Shown: positions 51,853-64,000 of the stretch, piece by piece
Position numbering within the stretch: the first letter of the stretch is position 1
Layout: each line of letters opens with the position of its first letter
Source of the DNA: Hyphochytrium catenoides
Lineage: Eukaryota > Protista > Hyphochytriomycota
Assembly (NCBI GenBank): GCA_900088475.1
Contig: FLMG01002918.1
Location: 1-64,000 of the forward strand
Reading direction: 5' to 3'
DNA: 64,000 nucleotides
Notes under the pieces: generated by a model
What the model was told of the DNA's origin: nothing
Database searches by the model: none
The model's input: only the letters and a program-made list of their open reading frames with translations
Made by a program: the position numbers and the translations under genes

Positions 51853-52959
51853 TCAGATCATCACCGCAGGTCGCGGGCGGTGGAGGGGAGCGAGAGAGAA
51901 ACAATCTCTCTGGATAAACTCGTGTGGCGGAACAAACTGCGCACAACCAGAGAGAGAGAGAGAGATGTCAGTAAGCACATCTTCAAAAAAAATAGCAGTC
52001 CAAAGAGAGAGAAAAGCAAAGGGAGAGAGAAAGACGTAGCCTTCAATCTAGTCCCAAAGACAGTCAGTCTTTGTGATGATCGCTGGATAAAAGCGAAGAT
52101 CCGAGTCAAAAGAAGGAAAGGCAGCGAGAGAGAGACTCTTACCGGTAGGCTTTCCTCATCATCGTCCGCAGTGCACATCTCTTCCTCGTCATCGTCTGAG
52201 AGTTGGCTCTCCGGCTCCTCCGCCCCGACCTGCTCCAGATCCATGCGGAACAGGTCACTCGACTCTTCCGCTGGATCTCTTTCTTCTTGTCTGGAGATCT
52301 TTCTCTGCCTGGAACTCCAGGACTTATCCATAGCTATGGGCACTCTGTCTCGCAGATCTCGGTTGTCTGGAATCTCTATGGGCCGTGATCTGCGGCTCAG
52401 AAGCTCTGACTCGGTAAATCTTCGCCAGGCGAGGCGACCAGGGACACAAGGAAAAGAGTTCCGGAGATCGAGGTCGTTCTCTCTAGAGATGGTCTCTGGC
52501 ACTTCCACGGCTAAACGAGAGAGAAAGAGAGAGAAAACAGCATTTGTGAGGACCGAGAGAGAAAGGAAGAGAGAGAGAGAGACTCGCAGACATACCGTTC
52601 ATGGAGAGGACACGCCGCCGTACAGGATGCTCAGACTTGGAAGGCACTGCGACTTTTAGGGCTCTAAGGTACTTGAGTCGCCACTGAGAGAAAAGAAAGA
52701 GAGAGAGAGAAGAGAGAGAGAGAGAGAAAGAGAGATCAGCTCCAGTTAGATCCTCATCTTCTCTTCTGTTCTCTTCTCATCTCACCTGTGCTGGTCCTGC
52801 CGTCCGCCGCTCTGGCATTGTGAGGTTAGGCACTTCGGCCTTGCGAAGATGATCCTTGCTCGGAGGAGAAACGAAGTTATTCTTCTGCAGATCTCTCGAG
52901 ACAGAGCTTCCAATGTCTCCGGGAGGAATCCTTGTTCTCAAGTCATGTATGACAGCCAT
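51853..52959 (-). CDS. Uncharacterised ~237-aa protein with S40/DUF584-like motifs; exons 52959-52786, 52683-52596, 52510-52143, 51936-51853
   Basis: Four exons join in frame through canonical GT-AG introns (phases 0, 1, 0). Motifs WRLKYLRALKV, SRPIEIPD, LFRMDLE, an acidic tract and FVPPHEFIQRDCFSL. Additional upstream exons are possible. Confidence 0.75.
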
Positions 52960-53630
52960 CTCGGTGGAGAGAGAGAGACAAAGAGAGAGAAAAAGAGAGA
53001 GAGAGAGAGATAGAAGACAGGCTTTTTCTTCTCAAGCGAACGGTAATTATGATCTTCTGAGGAGGAGGAACGTCTTTGACGCTCTGCAAATCATATTATG
53101 GCGCTGCAATTGCAGTTCAACGAGAGACAGCGCTGGAGAGAGAGAGGGAGAAAAAGAGAGAGGGAGAGAGAGAGAGAGAGAGAGAGAGAAGACACTGGGA
53201 GGACCAGACCCTACAGGTAAATGTAAGCCGATGCAGAGAAGAGAAGGAAAGGTGGCGCCTGCCCCGCGCTTCTGACTCCAAACTGACTCTTGTCGTACAG
53301 TTTGGACCTGTGAAAGGGAGAGAGAGTAAGAGAGAGAGAGAGAGAAAGAGAGAAAGAAAGAGAGAAAGAAAGGGAGAGCGCCGATCAGAACACTGTGTCC
53401 TCCTTGCTGTCTGGTCTCTTCTTGTGCAGAGCGTTGTGTTAGGCGATCTGTGAGCCGCTGCAACTTCTTCTCTTGGTTGATTTAAGGGAGAGTAAGAGAG
53501 AGAGAAAGAGAGAGAGAGAGTTGTCCGATGGCGGGAGCAGCTTGGAGACTGAGGATGATGAGGAGAGAATGACTTGTGGAATGGCGGCGGCGGGGGCCGC
53601 GTTCTGTTCTTTCGGAGAGAGAATAAGGCC

Positions 53631-53676
<46 letters not shown>

Positions 53677-53921
53677 TTCTGTCTCTCTCTCTTCTCGCGG
53701 TGCGGTGATCCATCAAGAGCCAATAAAAAGCACGAGGCGACGGCGGACAATGGGGTCCCCAAGGTAAACAACAAGAGAGAGAGAAAGAGCGCGAGAAAGA
53801 GAGAGAGAGAGGAAAGGAGCAGAAGAGAGAGGGAGAGAGAGGGAAAAAGAGTGATAGAGAGAGAGAGGAAAGGAGCAGAAGAGAGAGGGGGAGAGGGGGA
53901 GAGAGAGAGAGAGAGAGAAAG

Positions 53922-53967
53922 NNNNNNNNNNNNNNNNNNNNNNNNNNNNNNNNNNNNNNNNNNNNNN
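53922..53967. other. Assembly gap (N run) within GA repeat
   Basis: Ns in sequence. Confidence 1.
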
Positions 53968-53998
<31 letters not shown>

Positions 53999-55134
53999 AG
54001 CAGAGGAAGAAAGTGACAAGGCTGCTGCAGGGCGGGAGAGACAGGAGTCAGAGCACGGGGGATGATGGCTCGTGACCTGCTGACCAGGATAAGATGGGGG
54101 ATGAGAAACAGAGTGTGAGACCCAGAGACAGAGTCAGGTAAACCAGTGTAAAGGTATAAGGTTGAGACATCGAGATACTCTAAGTCATGGAAAGATGACA
54201 TGAATCCTCGTCAAATGCACCGCATCCAAAGCAACCAAAACGTAAACCCGTTACTGTTGTAGACAGCGGGGTTCTATTATTTATTTACCCTTAGATATGC
54301 CGCATTTAGGACAGGCCCATCGCTCGAATCACAGAGAGAAGACGCACATGCTTTCTCGTGGTTCCGCTCTCATTTCGCTACCCCCTGATCGAACTTAATT
54401 GAGGCCGGTTGAAGAAAGGTATTTAGCTCCTAAATCTTGGGAATCCGAAAACACTGTTTTCGGGAGAGTGATATGGTGGATGCAGAGCAAAGATTCTCGA
54501 AATGACATGAAAAGGTAGCAGAAGGTCACCCCACGTAATGGCACCGGCGGCACTTCCCACTTCAGTATGGCTGCCTAAGTCGTCGCCAATACTATGTGAG
54601 TGACGCCACCCCCCATGTTGAAGATATTAATGGAGCAGAGTGGAGAGAGACGAGGTGCCTCTCATCCACTCTGTCTCGATGGCTCGGTGCTCTTTCTCTG
54701 AGATGTTTCCCTGTCTCGGGGTTTCTCTGTCTCTCGATTGTCGGCCAATCCAATCCACTGGCGCAGGTGGTTGGTGGAGGGTGAGGAGGGTGGGACAGGA
54801 ACATTAACTATGGACAAGGACGAACTTCGACATCGAAGTTTGGATACCACCAAAGTATCTTTTTCTTCCATAGAAATACTGTGAAAGCTCCTTACTCTGT
54901 TTCGCAGGAATTTATGCTCTGTCTCTCAACCTTCTCAACTCTGTCTCTAAGAAGCTATCCTCGATAACAGTCTTACTGTATATATCGTTCTAGTCCCATC
55001 TCTCTCTCTTGTGGTCTTAACTGAGATCTATTCGTCCGTGGCCTGACCCGGTATTCCATAGATAATGTTCGTGGGATTGCTGAGAAGGAGAGAGAGAGAA
55101 TAAATGGAACCCAACAAAATGCCACCATCTTTTG

Positions 55135-55215
<81 letters not shown>

Positions 55216-55487
55216 GCTTTCTCTCTCTCTTTCTCTCTCTCCCTTTCTTTCTTCTCTCTCTTCTCACTCTCTCTCCCTCACACACACAGCAGATGTTCCC
55301 TGTTTCTCTGTGTCCCGTCCTGCTCTCCTTGTTTGTCTCTGTTGAGCTTCGCTTCCTACATTGTGAGAGACAGCCGCAGCAGAAGGATTGGTTAAGGTCC
55401 ATCAAGTACAGGGAGGCAGAGAGGAGAGAGAAAAGAGAGACGCAGAGAGGCAGAGAGAGAGAATGAGAGCGAGAGAAAGAAGGAGAG

Positions 55488-55518
<31 letters not shown>

Positions 55519-55942
55519 GACAGAGAACTGTTTTATAGGCTTAGCGCTACTACTGTTTCGTAGAGTGAGGAATCTGTCGGTTGGTTCTGATCGATCGTCG
55601 ATGACTCATCTCAACTGAAGAAGCACGCACTCCTTATCTTCTATTTCCTCCGACTCTCTCCCTTCCCCGGTCTCTCTCTCTTTCTTTCTGGACTCGCTCC
55701 AGGTGGTATGATGTGTGTAGTTCTATATTGTCTCGCTTCTCCTCTTGTGGCGCCACCGCCAACGTCACACTTCCTCTTTATTCCCTGCAAAGTGTGTCCT
55801 CGCAGCTCTCTCCCTCTCTCTCCTCTTTCGTCCGTTTCCTCTTCCTATGGCTCTCTTCTTCTTCCCTTTTTTCCCTTTCCTTCTCCTCTCTCTCTCGACC
55901 TACCAACAGCGGGACGATATGCATTCATCGAGCTTGCTGTTC

Positions 55943-56009
<67 letters not shown>

Positions 56010-57178
56010 TCTCTCCCTGTGTCTGTGTCTGTCCCTCTCTGTCTGTCTGTCCTCTCTTCTCTCTCGCGCTCTCTCTCTCTCTCTCCTTTCTCTTCTCTCT
56101 CTCACTCTTGCTCTGTCAAGGTCAGTGTCTTTAGCATTCTTGAACAACAGCGCCGTCTCGGCGGCTCGTCTCAGTGTCTATTTCTAGAGCTTCATGGCAA
56201 TAATGAACACCACCCAATGTCTCAGGCCAAGAGAAATCCAATAATCTCTATTTGCTCAGCCATATACTGACTCATGCTATCTGTTTTCTATAAAGAGACG
56301 GTAAGCAGATCTTTCGGTCACATCGGGAGCCGATTACTCTTCTTCCCTTTGTCCTGCTCACCATGGGAGGAGGCCAATCTGCTGGCTCTGAGCTCATCAG
56401 CGGTGGATCACTGCTGCTTACCACCATGAGCTCCTCCTCCTATTACCTCACGCTTGACGCCGCTGCCTTCCAAATCTCTGTCATCAGACAACGTTCAAAG
56501 ACTCGCTGCACGGACGCAGGAGGCCCAAGAACTCCAAGCCCTTGACAGAAAGCCCGCCTGGGTCGCCCACCACGTCTTGATCTTCAGCTTTGCAAAGCCT
56601 GGCTCTTGCCCTAACCACCTGGCTCGGCTTGCCTTCACCAAAACAAGGAAGAGAGGATCATCGAGGTAAACTATTGACTTCTGTCAGATCTTCATGCGAT
56701 GGCCCCACAGCCAGTTCGGTTCTTTGGCTGAGTTCGCTGTGTGTGCCTCAGAAACTAAGAAGAGACTGGACATTGGCCACGCTCTCCGCATATTCACGAG
56801 GAGCTTGCTCTCACATTGCTCCTGCTGTCTACTTCTTCCCGATGGCAGAACTCTTCTTTCAGCTGCTGCATCGTCTACATCTCCTCCCTCCTCACGGTGG
56901 CCAGGCAGAGGAAAGAAGCTGGGCTCTCTTGAATATCTAAGGTCCGGCGGATGAAGATGATGGTCTTCTGCTCATTGCTGGGCGCGAACCGTGGAGAGCT
57001 TCGTCAGTGGCGCAGGCCGCATGCCTGGGATATTAGTCCGGGTTGGGGGCGCGGACATTGATGAGCTTTCTGCCTCACAGGGAAATGTCGTTGTGGCAGG
57101 AGAAAGCATTCTTCTCTTATGCAATAAGAGGAGGAGAGAAGAGACGATAGGAACGAGAGAGAAAGACTGCCACACAGT

Positions 57179-57213
<35 letters not shown>

Positions 57214-57308
57214 GAAAAGAGAGAGGAAGAGAGAGAAAAAGAGAGAGGAAGAGAGAGATCGAGAGAGATCGAGATAGAGAGAGAGAGGGAGAGAGAGAGA
57301 GACAGAGA

Positions 57309-57344
<36 letters not shown>

Positions 57345-57385
57345 AAGAAAGAGAAAGAAAGAGAAAGAAAGAGAAAGAAAGAGAG
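55135..57385. repeat. Intergenic microsatellite-dense zone: (CT)n 55135-55280, (GA)n ~55410-55520, (CT)n 55945-56105, (GA)n 57178-57385
   Basis: Directly visible. Confidence 0.9.
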
Positions 57386-57629
57386 GAGAACAACAGAAAA
57401 ACAGCGAGGAGGATGAAGAAAAAGAACAAGTTAGAAAGAGACGGCAAGTGAGAAGGTCAGATAGAAAGGTGCTAGGGAAGAGAAGAGATATGAGTGAGCA
57501 AAAGAAAAGACAAGAGATAAAGATTTCCAAGCAAAGAGAGGAGAAGAGAGAGAGAGAGAGAAGACAAGCGACGCACAGCCTTCCGATAAAGATAAATTAG
57601 ATTAGGAAGAGGCTGTCGATATCTCTCCT

Positions 57630-60595
57630 CTAGCTTTCTTCCCCGACAACCACCCGTAAAATACTATCGCTCTCTTCTCCTCTCTCTTCCTTCTTTTTCT
57701 CTCTCCCTATCTCCGCCACCATCTCTGCCGCTATGTACTGCTGAAGATAAACAATCATCTCCTCGTACGTCTTTGTCTCGTTTAGCTGCCGGACCATTGC
57801 GAGAGAAAGAGAGGGAGAGAGAGAGACCTTGAGTTCTTGACGCGAAGAGACATGATAGGCCGTCATGGAGAGAGAGAGAGGAGAGAACTCTTTTTCTCTC
57901 TTCTCTTCGCTTTCCTCCCCCTGTTGTCTCTCTTCTTTGTCGTGTTCTATTCCTGCCTCCATCGCGGCATTTTCTCTCTCTGCTCCTGTCTCTCCTCTTC
58001 TCAAACTGACAATGATCCGGAAAAATTCATACTCAGGCATCTGCGCTTCCTGTGTCTCTCTCCCGTGGTCTTCCCTTTCTTTCTCCTCTTGCTCTCTTCT
58101 CCCCGTCGAGTTTCTCTCTTTCTCTCTCTTTTCTCGCCTGCAGTGGAGCTTGTGATAGGCGTCATAGATTCTACTGCTCAGCTGCAAAACTAGGGAAGAA
58201 GAAGAAGTGAAAGAAGGCGAGGAATTGGGGTTGGAAGAGAGAGAAGGAGAACTCCTCTCTCTCTTGTCCTTGTTTCCACCAAGTTCCCCTTCTTCCACCC
58301 GCCCTTTTCCAGAAAAGAGACTAAAAAAGTCTCTCTCTCTCTCTGATGTGTCTCTCTTCTCTGCCTGGGTCGCAGGGGTAAGAGAGAAGAGGAGAGAGGA
58401 GAGAACCAGCGTTCTCTCTCTTAGTATTGTCTCTGCCAGCCGTCGCCACATGTCTCGAGAGGCGCGGAGCTGTCGCCGTGGCTCCTCTTCCACTTCAAAT
58501 AGCTCCTGTTTGTATGAGAGAGAGAGAGAGAGAGAGAAGAGGGAGATAAGAAAACCAGAGAGAGAGAGAGAGAGAGAGAAAAGAGAGAGAAAAGAGAGAG
58601 AGAGAGGAGCAAATGAAATCGGCGGACAGAGAGAGAGAGGGAGAGGATAGAGACGGAGAGCGAGCGAGGAGGGCCAAGCACGTGTCAGAAAGAGACAAAT
58701 CGAGAGAGAGAACACCAGAATGACAAGGAGGGAGGAGCGTCAGGGAGAGAGAGAGAGAAGAGAGTGAGAGCGCGATTTCCAGGTTGTATACGCCCCGAGA
58801 GGAGAGCGAGAGAAAGAGAAACGAAGAGGGAGAATGTAGAAGACGAGAAGAGAGACAGCACAACAATAGATAAACTCGAAATGCTAAAGACGGAGAGAGA
58901 CGAGAGAGAGAAGATCTACTGCACCGAGAAAGAAAAAGGGGAGGGAGAGGAACAAGAAGAAGCTAGCAAAAGACTACGAAAAAGAGAGGGAGAGAGACGA
59001 AGAGAGAGGAAGAGAGAGAGAAAGACAGAAGGAAGAGAGCGACGAGGGAAAAAGAGAGAAAGAAAAAGAGGAACGAGAAAAGAGATAGATATGAGAAAAG
59101 ATAGAGAACGAATTTTTATACAGCTACCTCTAAGAGCGCCTCCTTGTGCAACAGGAGATCCTCCATGTGAGAGCCATCTTCTCTCTCTCTTTGCTCTTGA
59201 TATCTTCTCTCTTCTCCTACGCTCTCTCTCTCCTGTCGGTCTCTCTCTTCTCTCTCCTGTTGCTCTTTCTCTTCTCCTACGACTTCCACTCTTTTCGCTT
59301 CGTCTCTCTCTCCATTAGTCTCCTCCTTCATGTCGTCGTCTCTCTCTTTCAGCAACTCTTCCATCCTTGCTCTTTCTTTTCTGATCGCATCTTCTGCCCG
59401 AGAGAGTCTCTCTCTCAGCTTCAGCGCTGGCGGGAAGAGAAGAGAAAAAAGAAGTTTGAGAAAGAAGAGAGACGAACGGCAAAGAGGAGAGACAGTCTCT
59501 CAGGCCTACTGAAGTTGCTAAGGAGAGAAAGAGAAACAAGGGGACGGGAGAGTTTAGCGAGAGAAGAGAGGAGAGAGCCGAGGCGGAGAGAAGACGAGGG
59601 GGAAGAAGAGAGAAACCACCGCATGGGAAGAGAGTATAGCGGGGGAGAGAATGAGGGGAAGAAGACTGACAAAAACAGGAGTCAGAGAGATGAATAGAAA
59701 GGATCAATAGAAGAGAGAGACGAGCATAAAGAAAAGTGAGCAAACTTGCAGGTTCATAGCTTGCAGAACCACCACGAGAGAAAAGAGAGAGAAAGATTGA
59801 GAGAGAGAGAGTGAGAGAGAGAGAAGGAGAGGGAGAGAGAAGGAGAGTGAGAGAAAGGGCAGAGAGCAGAATGGCTTATCTTTTCCGCACCTCTCTCCTC
59901 TGCATTTCTTTCCGCTTGTTTATATTCCTCGGTGTCCTCATCATACGGCTAGGGTGCACGTGAGGGAGAGAGATACAAGAAGAGATTGAGCGAGAGAGAA
60001 GAAAGAGAGAGAGAGAGAGAGAGAAAGAGCAGAGCAGAGCAGATGATTTAAAGGGAGGAGGAGGTGATAAGAGGGAAAGGAAGAAAGGAGAATAAGGGGC
60101 CTGATCGTGTGTTCGATTGAGAGAAGAGAAGGAAGACGGAGAAAGAGAAAGAGAAACAGAGGTAGAGAGCATACCGCGAGGATGTTCCGTCTAAAGTTGC
60201 TTTCTCCCTCCCTTCTTAGGTACAGGAGAACCTCTGTCCAGGGGAGGAAGAGGGAGAGAGAGGGAGAAGAGATAGAGGCGGTGTAGAGAGAGAGAGATAC
60301 ACCGTTGCCCATCTCCCCAGCTTTCTCTTGCTTCTTCTCTTCCGCCTGCACAGTGTGAAAGAGCCAGTATCTAGCGTTAAAGGCTTCCTCCTTTCCTGGC
60401 GGAAACCGCGACATGCGCCTTTCTCTTGGTTTCTCCCTCCTTAGAGCTCTTATGTTTCTGTCTCTCTCTCAAGATCTGCCTTTCTCTCCCTCTTCGTCTC
60501 TCGTCTCGTCCTCTTTTTCCTCTCTCTCTCTTACTGCCTGTCTATTACCCTTTCTGTTCCTCATTCCCCTTCCTCCAACCCCGTCTTAACCAACA

Positions 60596-60644
<49 letters not shown>

Positions 60645-61065
60645 CCACTCTCTGTCTCTCTCTCTCCTCTATGTGTCTCTTTCTACCTTTCTTTCGTCTT
60701 CCCTAGCACTTACCACTATCTTTCCTTCTTCCGGAGAGAGAGACATCTCTTTCGCTTCCGATTTCCTCTCATCTGTCTCCCCAAGAGAAGAAAAGGAGTG
60801 TGGAATAGCGGCTCCCAGGGGAAGAAAGAGAGAGAAGATGATGTGCGCGCCACAAGAGAGAAAGAGGGCTCCCGAGGTCAGGAGAGAGCCTCGACCAGCC
60901 TCTAACATATGATGGGTCAGGGGTGAAGGAGGGAGAGAGAAGAAGAAAGAGAAAGAAGGAAAGAGGGAGAGGAGTTAGGAAGAGCCACAGAGAACAGAGA
61001 ATAAGGGGAGGAGACAGAGAAAAATAGAGGGAGAGAGATGAAGGAGAAAGAGAGAGAGAGAGGAG

Positions 61066-61120
<55 letters not shown>

Positions 61121-61804
61121 CGAGGGGAGAGAGAGCGAGAGAGGAGAGAGAGCGAGAGAGGAGAGAGAGCAAGAGAGAAGAGAGACAGAGAGTGAGGAGA
61201 AAGGGAGAGAACTAGACCGAGAGAGAGAGAGAAAGAGAAGAGAGCGAGAGCGAGAGCGAGAGCGAGAGAGAGCGAGAGAGAGCGAGAGAGAGAGAGAGAG
61301 AGACGGGAATGAGACAAATACCTCGTCTCGGTTTTCTTCTAGAAGAAAACAATTGTCTCTCTTTTGTTTTGACTCCTCTCTTTTGATCTCGGCTTCTTCT
61401 CTCTCTTCTCTTTTCTCCTCTTCCTCTCCGGCCAGAGCAGCGCTGGTGGATGTGATAGGAGGGATGGTCCATCGGCATCGAGAGAGAGAAAGACCCTAAA
61501 GGGAGAGAAGTTAATCGAGCAACAACAAGAGATGTGAGAGACATTACGAAGCTAGCTGACAGACACAGAGGAAAAAGATGATAGAGACCAGAAGAGAGAG
61601 ACAAGAGGGAGAGAAGAAGGGAAAACAGAGGAAGAGAGAGGTGGAAGAGAGAAAGAGAGAGAGAGATGGGGAGAGGAATAAGAAGGAAAGTGAGCCCAAG
61701 ACTTGGGCTTACTGAAAGCACAAAGAAGAATAGCGTAGTAGAGAAAGATCAGAGAGGAGACAGAGGCAGAGAAGAGCGACCGACAAAGGAGAGAAACAGG
61801 AGGG

Positions 61805-61835
<31 letters not shown>

Positions 61836-64000
61836 CTTCTTCTCCCTTCTCACCACTTTCTCCTGTCTCTCCGTCCAACAGCTGCCGCTTGACTCTTTCT
61901 AGCTGCTCCTGAGTCTCTTTTCCTTCCTCCTCCACCTTGGCACTCAACTCGGTCTCCTCTTTTTGAAGCTCTCTCTTCAGCTCCTTCATCGCAGAGACTA
62001 AGAGATTATTAGCCCAAGGCCATAGATTCGTAAGAAAGCGAAACAGACAACAAGAGAGAGAGAGAGAGAGAGATGGAGAAAAGTATTCGAGGCAAGGAGA
62101 GAGAGAGAGAAAGAATAGATTAATGGGAGAGAGAGAGAACCAAGAGACTGACAAATAGACTGAAAATTATCATAGGGAAGGAGAGACAGGAGAGAAAGAT
62201 AACGAGGTGACATGAGAAGGGCTGCTGAGAACAAGCAAGTTAGAGAGAGAGAGAGAAAGAGCGAAAGAGGGAGAGAGAGAGAGAAAAAAAGAGAGAGGCA
62301 GACGCTATAGAAAAAGAGAGATAGATACCGGCGCGAGACATCCAAAGTAAGACAGCACGAAGGGAGAAGAAGAATAGATAGAGCGAGAGATACAGAGAAA
62401 GAGAACTTTTCTCCTTCTCCCACCTGCTTCTTTCTGCTTATGTTTGAGAGCAATCTTGACCTCTTTCTTTCGCGCTCTTTCCTCTTTCCTCTTCTCTTTG
62501 TCCTCTTCTTCGCCTTCCTCCTCCACTTTCTGAAGTGCAGCTACAGCCTTTTCTTCTTTCTCTCTCCAACCTTGGAGCTTCTCCTCTACAGCTGCCCTCT
62601 TGGCCTCGAGCACACGCTGAAGCCTAGCGGGAGAGAGAAAGAAAGAGTGAAAGAGAGAGGAAGAGGAAGAGAAGAGAGGAAGGAAAGAGGGAAGAGAGGT
62701 AGCAGAGAGAGAGAGAGAGAGAGAGAGTGTGAGGAGCAGAGCCATCATCATTGTTTCTCAATAAGCACCAAGTAAGTGGAAGAGCTGAGAAAGAGAGAAG
62801 ACAAGAGAGAAGAGAGACAATACCCAGCTTTCAATGCCTCCAGTTTCCCTTCTAAGTGGTCTTTCTTTTGCCGGAGTTCTTCTATTTCTCTCTCTTTCTC
62901 TCTCTCCTCCTTCGTGCGATATGGAGGGAGGAGAGAGCGTGTCCCACAGAGCCCGCTGCGAGAGCATAGACAGAGTGTAGTGGTCTCTTTCTCAGAAGAA
63001 AGGGAGAGCTGTATAAGGAGAAGGCGGGAGAGAGAGAGAGAGAGAGGGAGAAGAAAGGAGAGAAAAGGTGTTAATGTGAAGAGCTGAATGGAAAGAAGGA
63101 CTGGATAGAGAGACACAGATATTGCTTTTGCCCTTCCAATCTTTTTGTGGCACTCTTTGGGCTTCCTCTTGCCAACAAATACAGGGCGAGGCTTCCTTCA
63201 TTTTCTCTTTCTTTTATATCGTTCCTTTCTCTCTCTTTGTCTCTTCTCTCACGATCTCTTGGCTCCTCTGTTGTCTCTATTTTCTGACTGTCGCTTTGAC
63301 CCTTTTTTTGCTCCCCTCCAAGCATTGTGCCCACTTATACTCTCTCTGTGTCTCTCTCTGTTTCCTCTCTCTCCCTCGTTCTATCGCTTTTCGCTTCTTT
63401 CTCATAATCTCTCTCCTGCCTCTGCCCTTCCGCCTCCCCCTCTCTCTCCCCTCTCTCCCCTCTCTCCCCTCTCTCNNNNNNNNNNNNNNNNNNNNNNNNN
63501 NNNNNNNNNNNNNNNNNCTGCCTTAAGCGCTGGAGGAAAGAGGCGTGGAGGGAGAGAAGAAGGGAGAGAGATCGGCACTTTACTCTCTGCTGCCGCCTCC
63601 AGGAACCCTAAGGTCAACTCGTAACTAAGAGAGAGAGAGAGAGAAAAAGGAGAGAAATGTGGGCGGGAGAGGTGCAGAGGAGAAACGATGGGAAAGTGAA
63701 GAGAGAAGGAGGAAGAGAGACGGGAACAACATGGAACGAAGCGGAGAGAAAAGGGTAATAAGAAAGACAAAAGGATAGGGAGCGAAGTGGTGAGTAGGAG
63801 AAAATGGAGAGAGAGTGAGATTATTACGCGGTCAGATGTGAAGAAGAGAGAGAGAGAGAGAGAGATAAACAGAGAAAGAGATAAGACAGAGCCACTCTAA
63901 AAATATCCGTGCAAGGGAGCATTGTGGCGAGAAACGAAAAGAAGAGAGAGAGGAGAGAAAATGACGTGGCCAGCAACACCGGGGAAAGACGTGCCTAAAT
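57630..64000 (-). CDS. Uncharacterised Glu/Arg/Lys-rich coiled-coil protein, 3' part, multi-exon (5' end probably beyond window)
   Basis: Coding-like minus-strand segments bounded by GT-AG and separated by CT-rich introns: ELRQKKDHLEGKLEALKA, LQRVLEAKRAAVEEKLQGW, SAMKELKRELQKEETELSAK, EAFNARYWLFHTVQ..LFLPWTEVLLYL, MEDLLLHKEALLE. Terminal exon ELFEVEEEPRRQLRASRDMWRRLAETIL..SILRVVVGEES with stop at 57630. Confidence 0.65.
63476..63517. other. Assembly gap (N run)
   Basis: Ns in sequence. Confidence 1.

Noticed and set aside
53100-63800. Many ORFs rich in SLSLSL or RERERE
   Set aside because: They are translations of (CT)n/(GA)n microsatellites, which lack stop codons in all frames.
1-64000. 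CRISPR arrays, prokaryotic operons or stop-codon reassignment
   Set aside because: No repeat-spacer array is present and the DNA is spliced eukaryotic sequence. The conserved exons I traced contain no in-frame stops, and genes end on TAA, TAG and TGA.

Overview
Eukaryotic, intron-rich, GA/CT-microsatellite-rich genomic DNA from a protist. The gene content tentatively suggests a flagellate stramenopile-like organism, but this cannot be proven from the window. In order, it contains: the 5' part of MSH6 (PIP box, Tudor domain, start of MutS-I; minus), an intronless PTC7-type PP2C phosphatase (minus), an intronless orphan gene (plus), the centriolar gene WDR90 with a CFAP20-like domain (minus), a ~3.4 kb cluster of decayed CRE-like non-LTR retrotransposon 3' ends just upstream of a tRNA-Cys(GCA), a large VPS13 with an internal PDZ domain (minus), a sirtuin probably carrying a long basic disordered tail (minus), TRAPPC11 (plus), a small 4-exon gene with S40/DUF584-like and TOS/RAIP-like motifs (minus), and the 3' part of an uncharacterised coiled-coil gene (minus). 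There are three N gaps. Most short ORFs in the track are microsatellite or antisense artefacts. I see no clearly new multi-gene system. The best leads are the putative TORC1-substrate/S40-like gene, the tRNA-adjacent retroelement cluster, the orphan HTH-plus-unknown-domain gene, recurrent GC-AG introns and the strand-polarised GA/CT architecture. All gene models were traced by eye and need RNA-seq confirmation.
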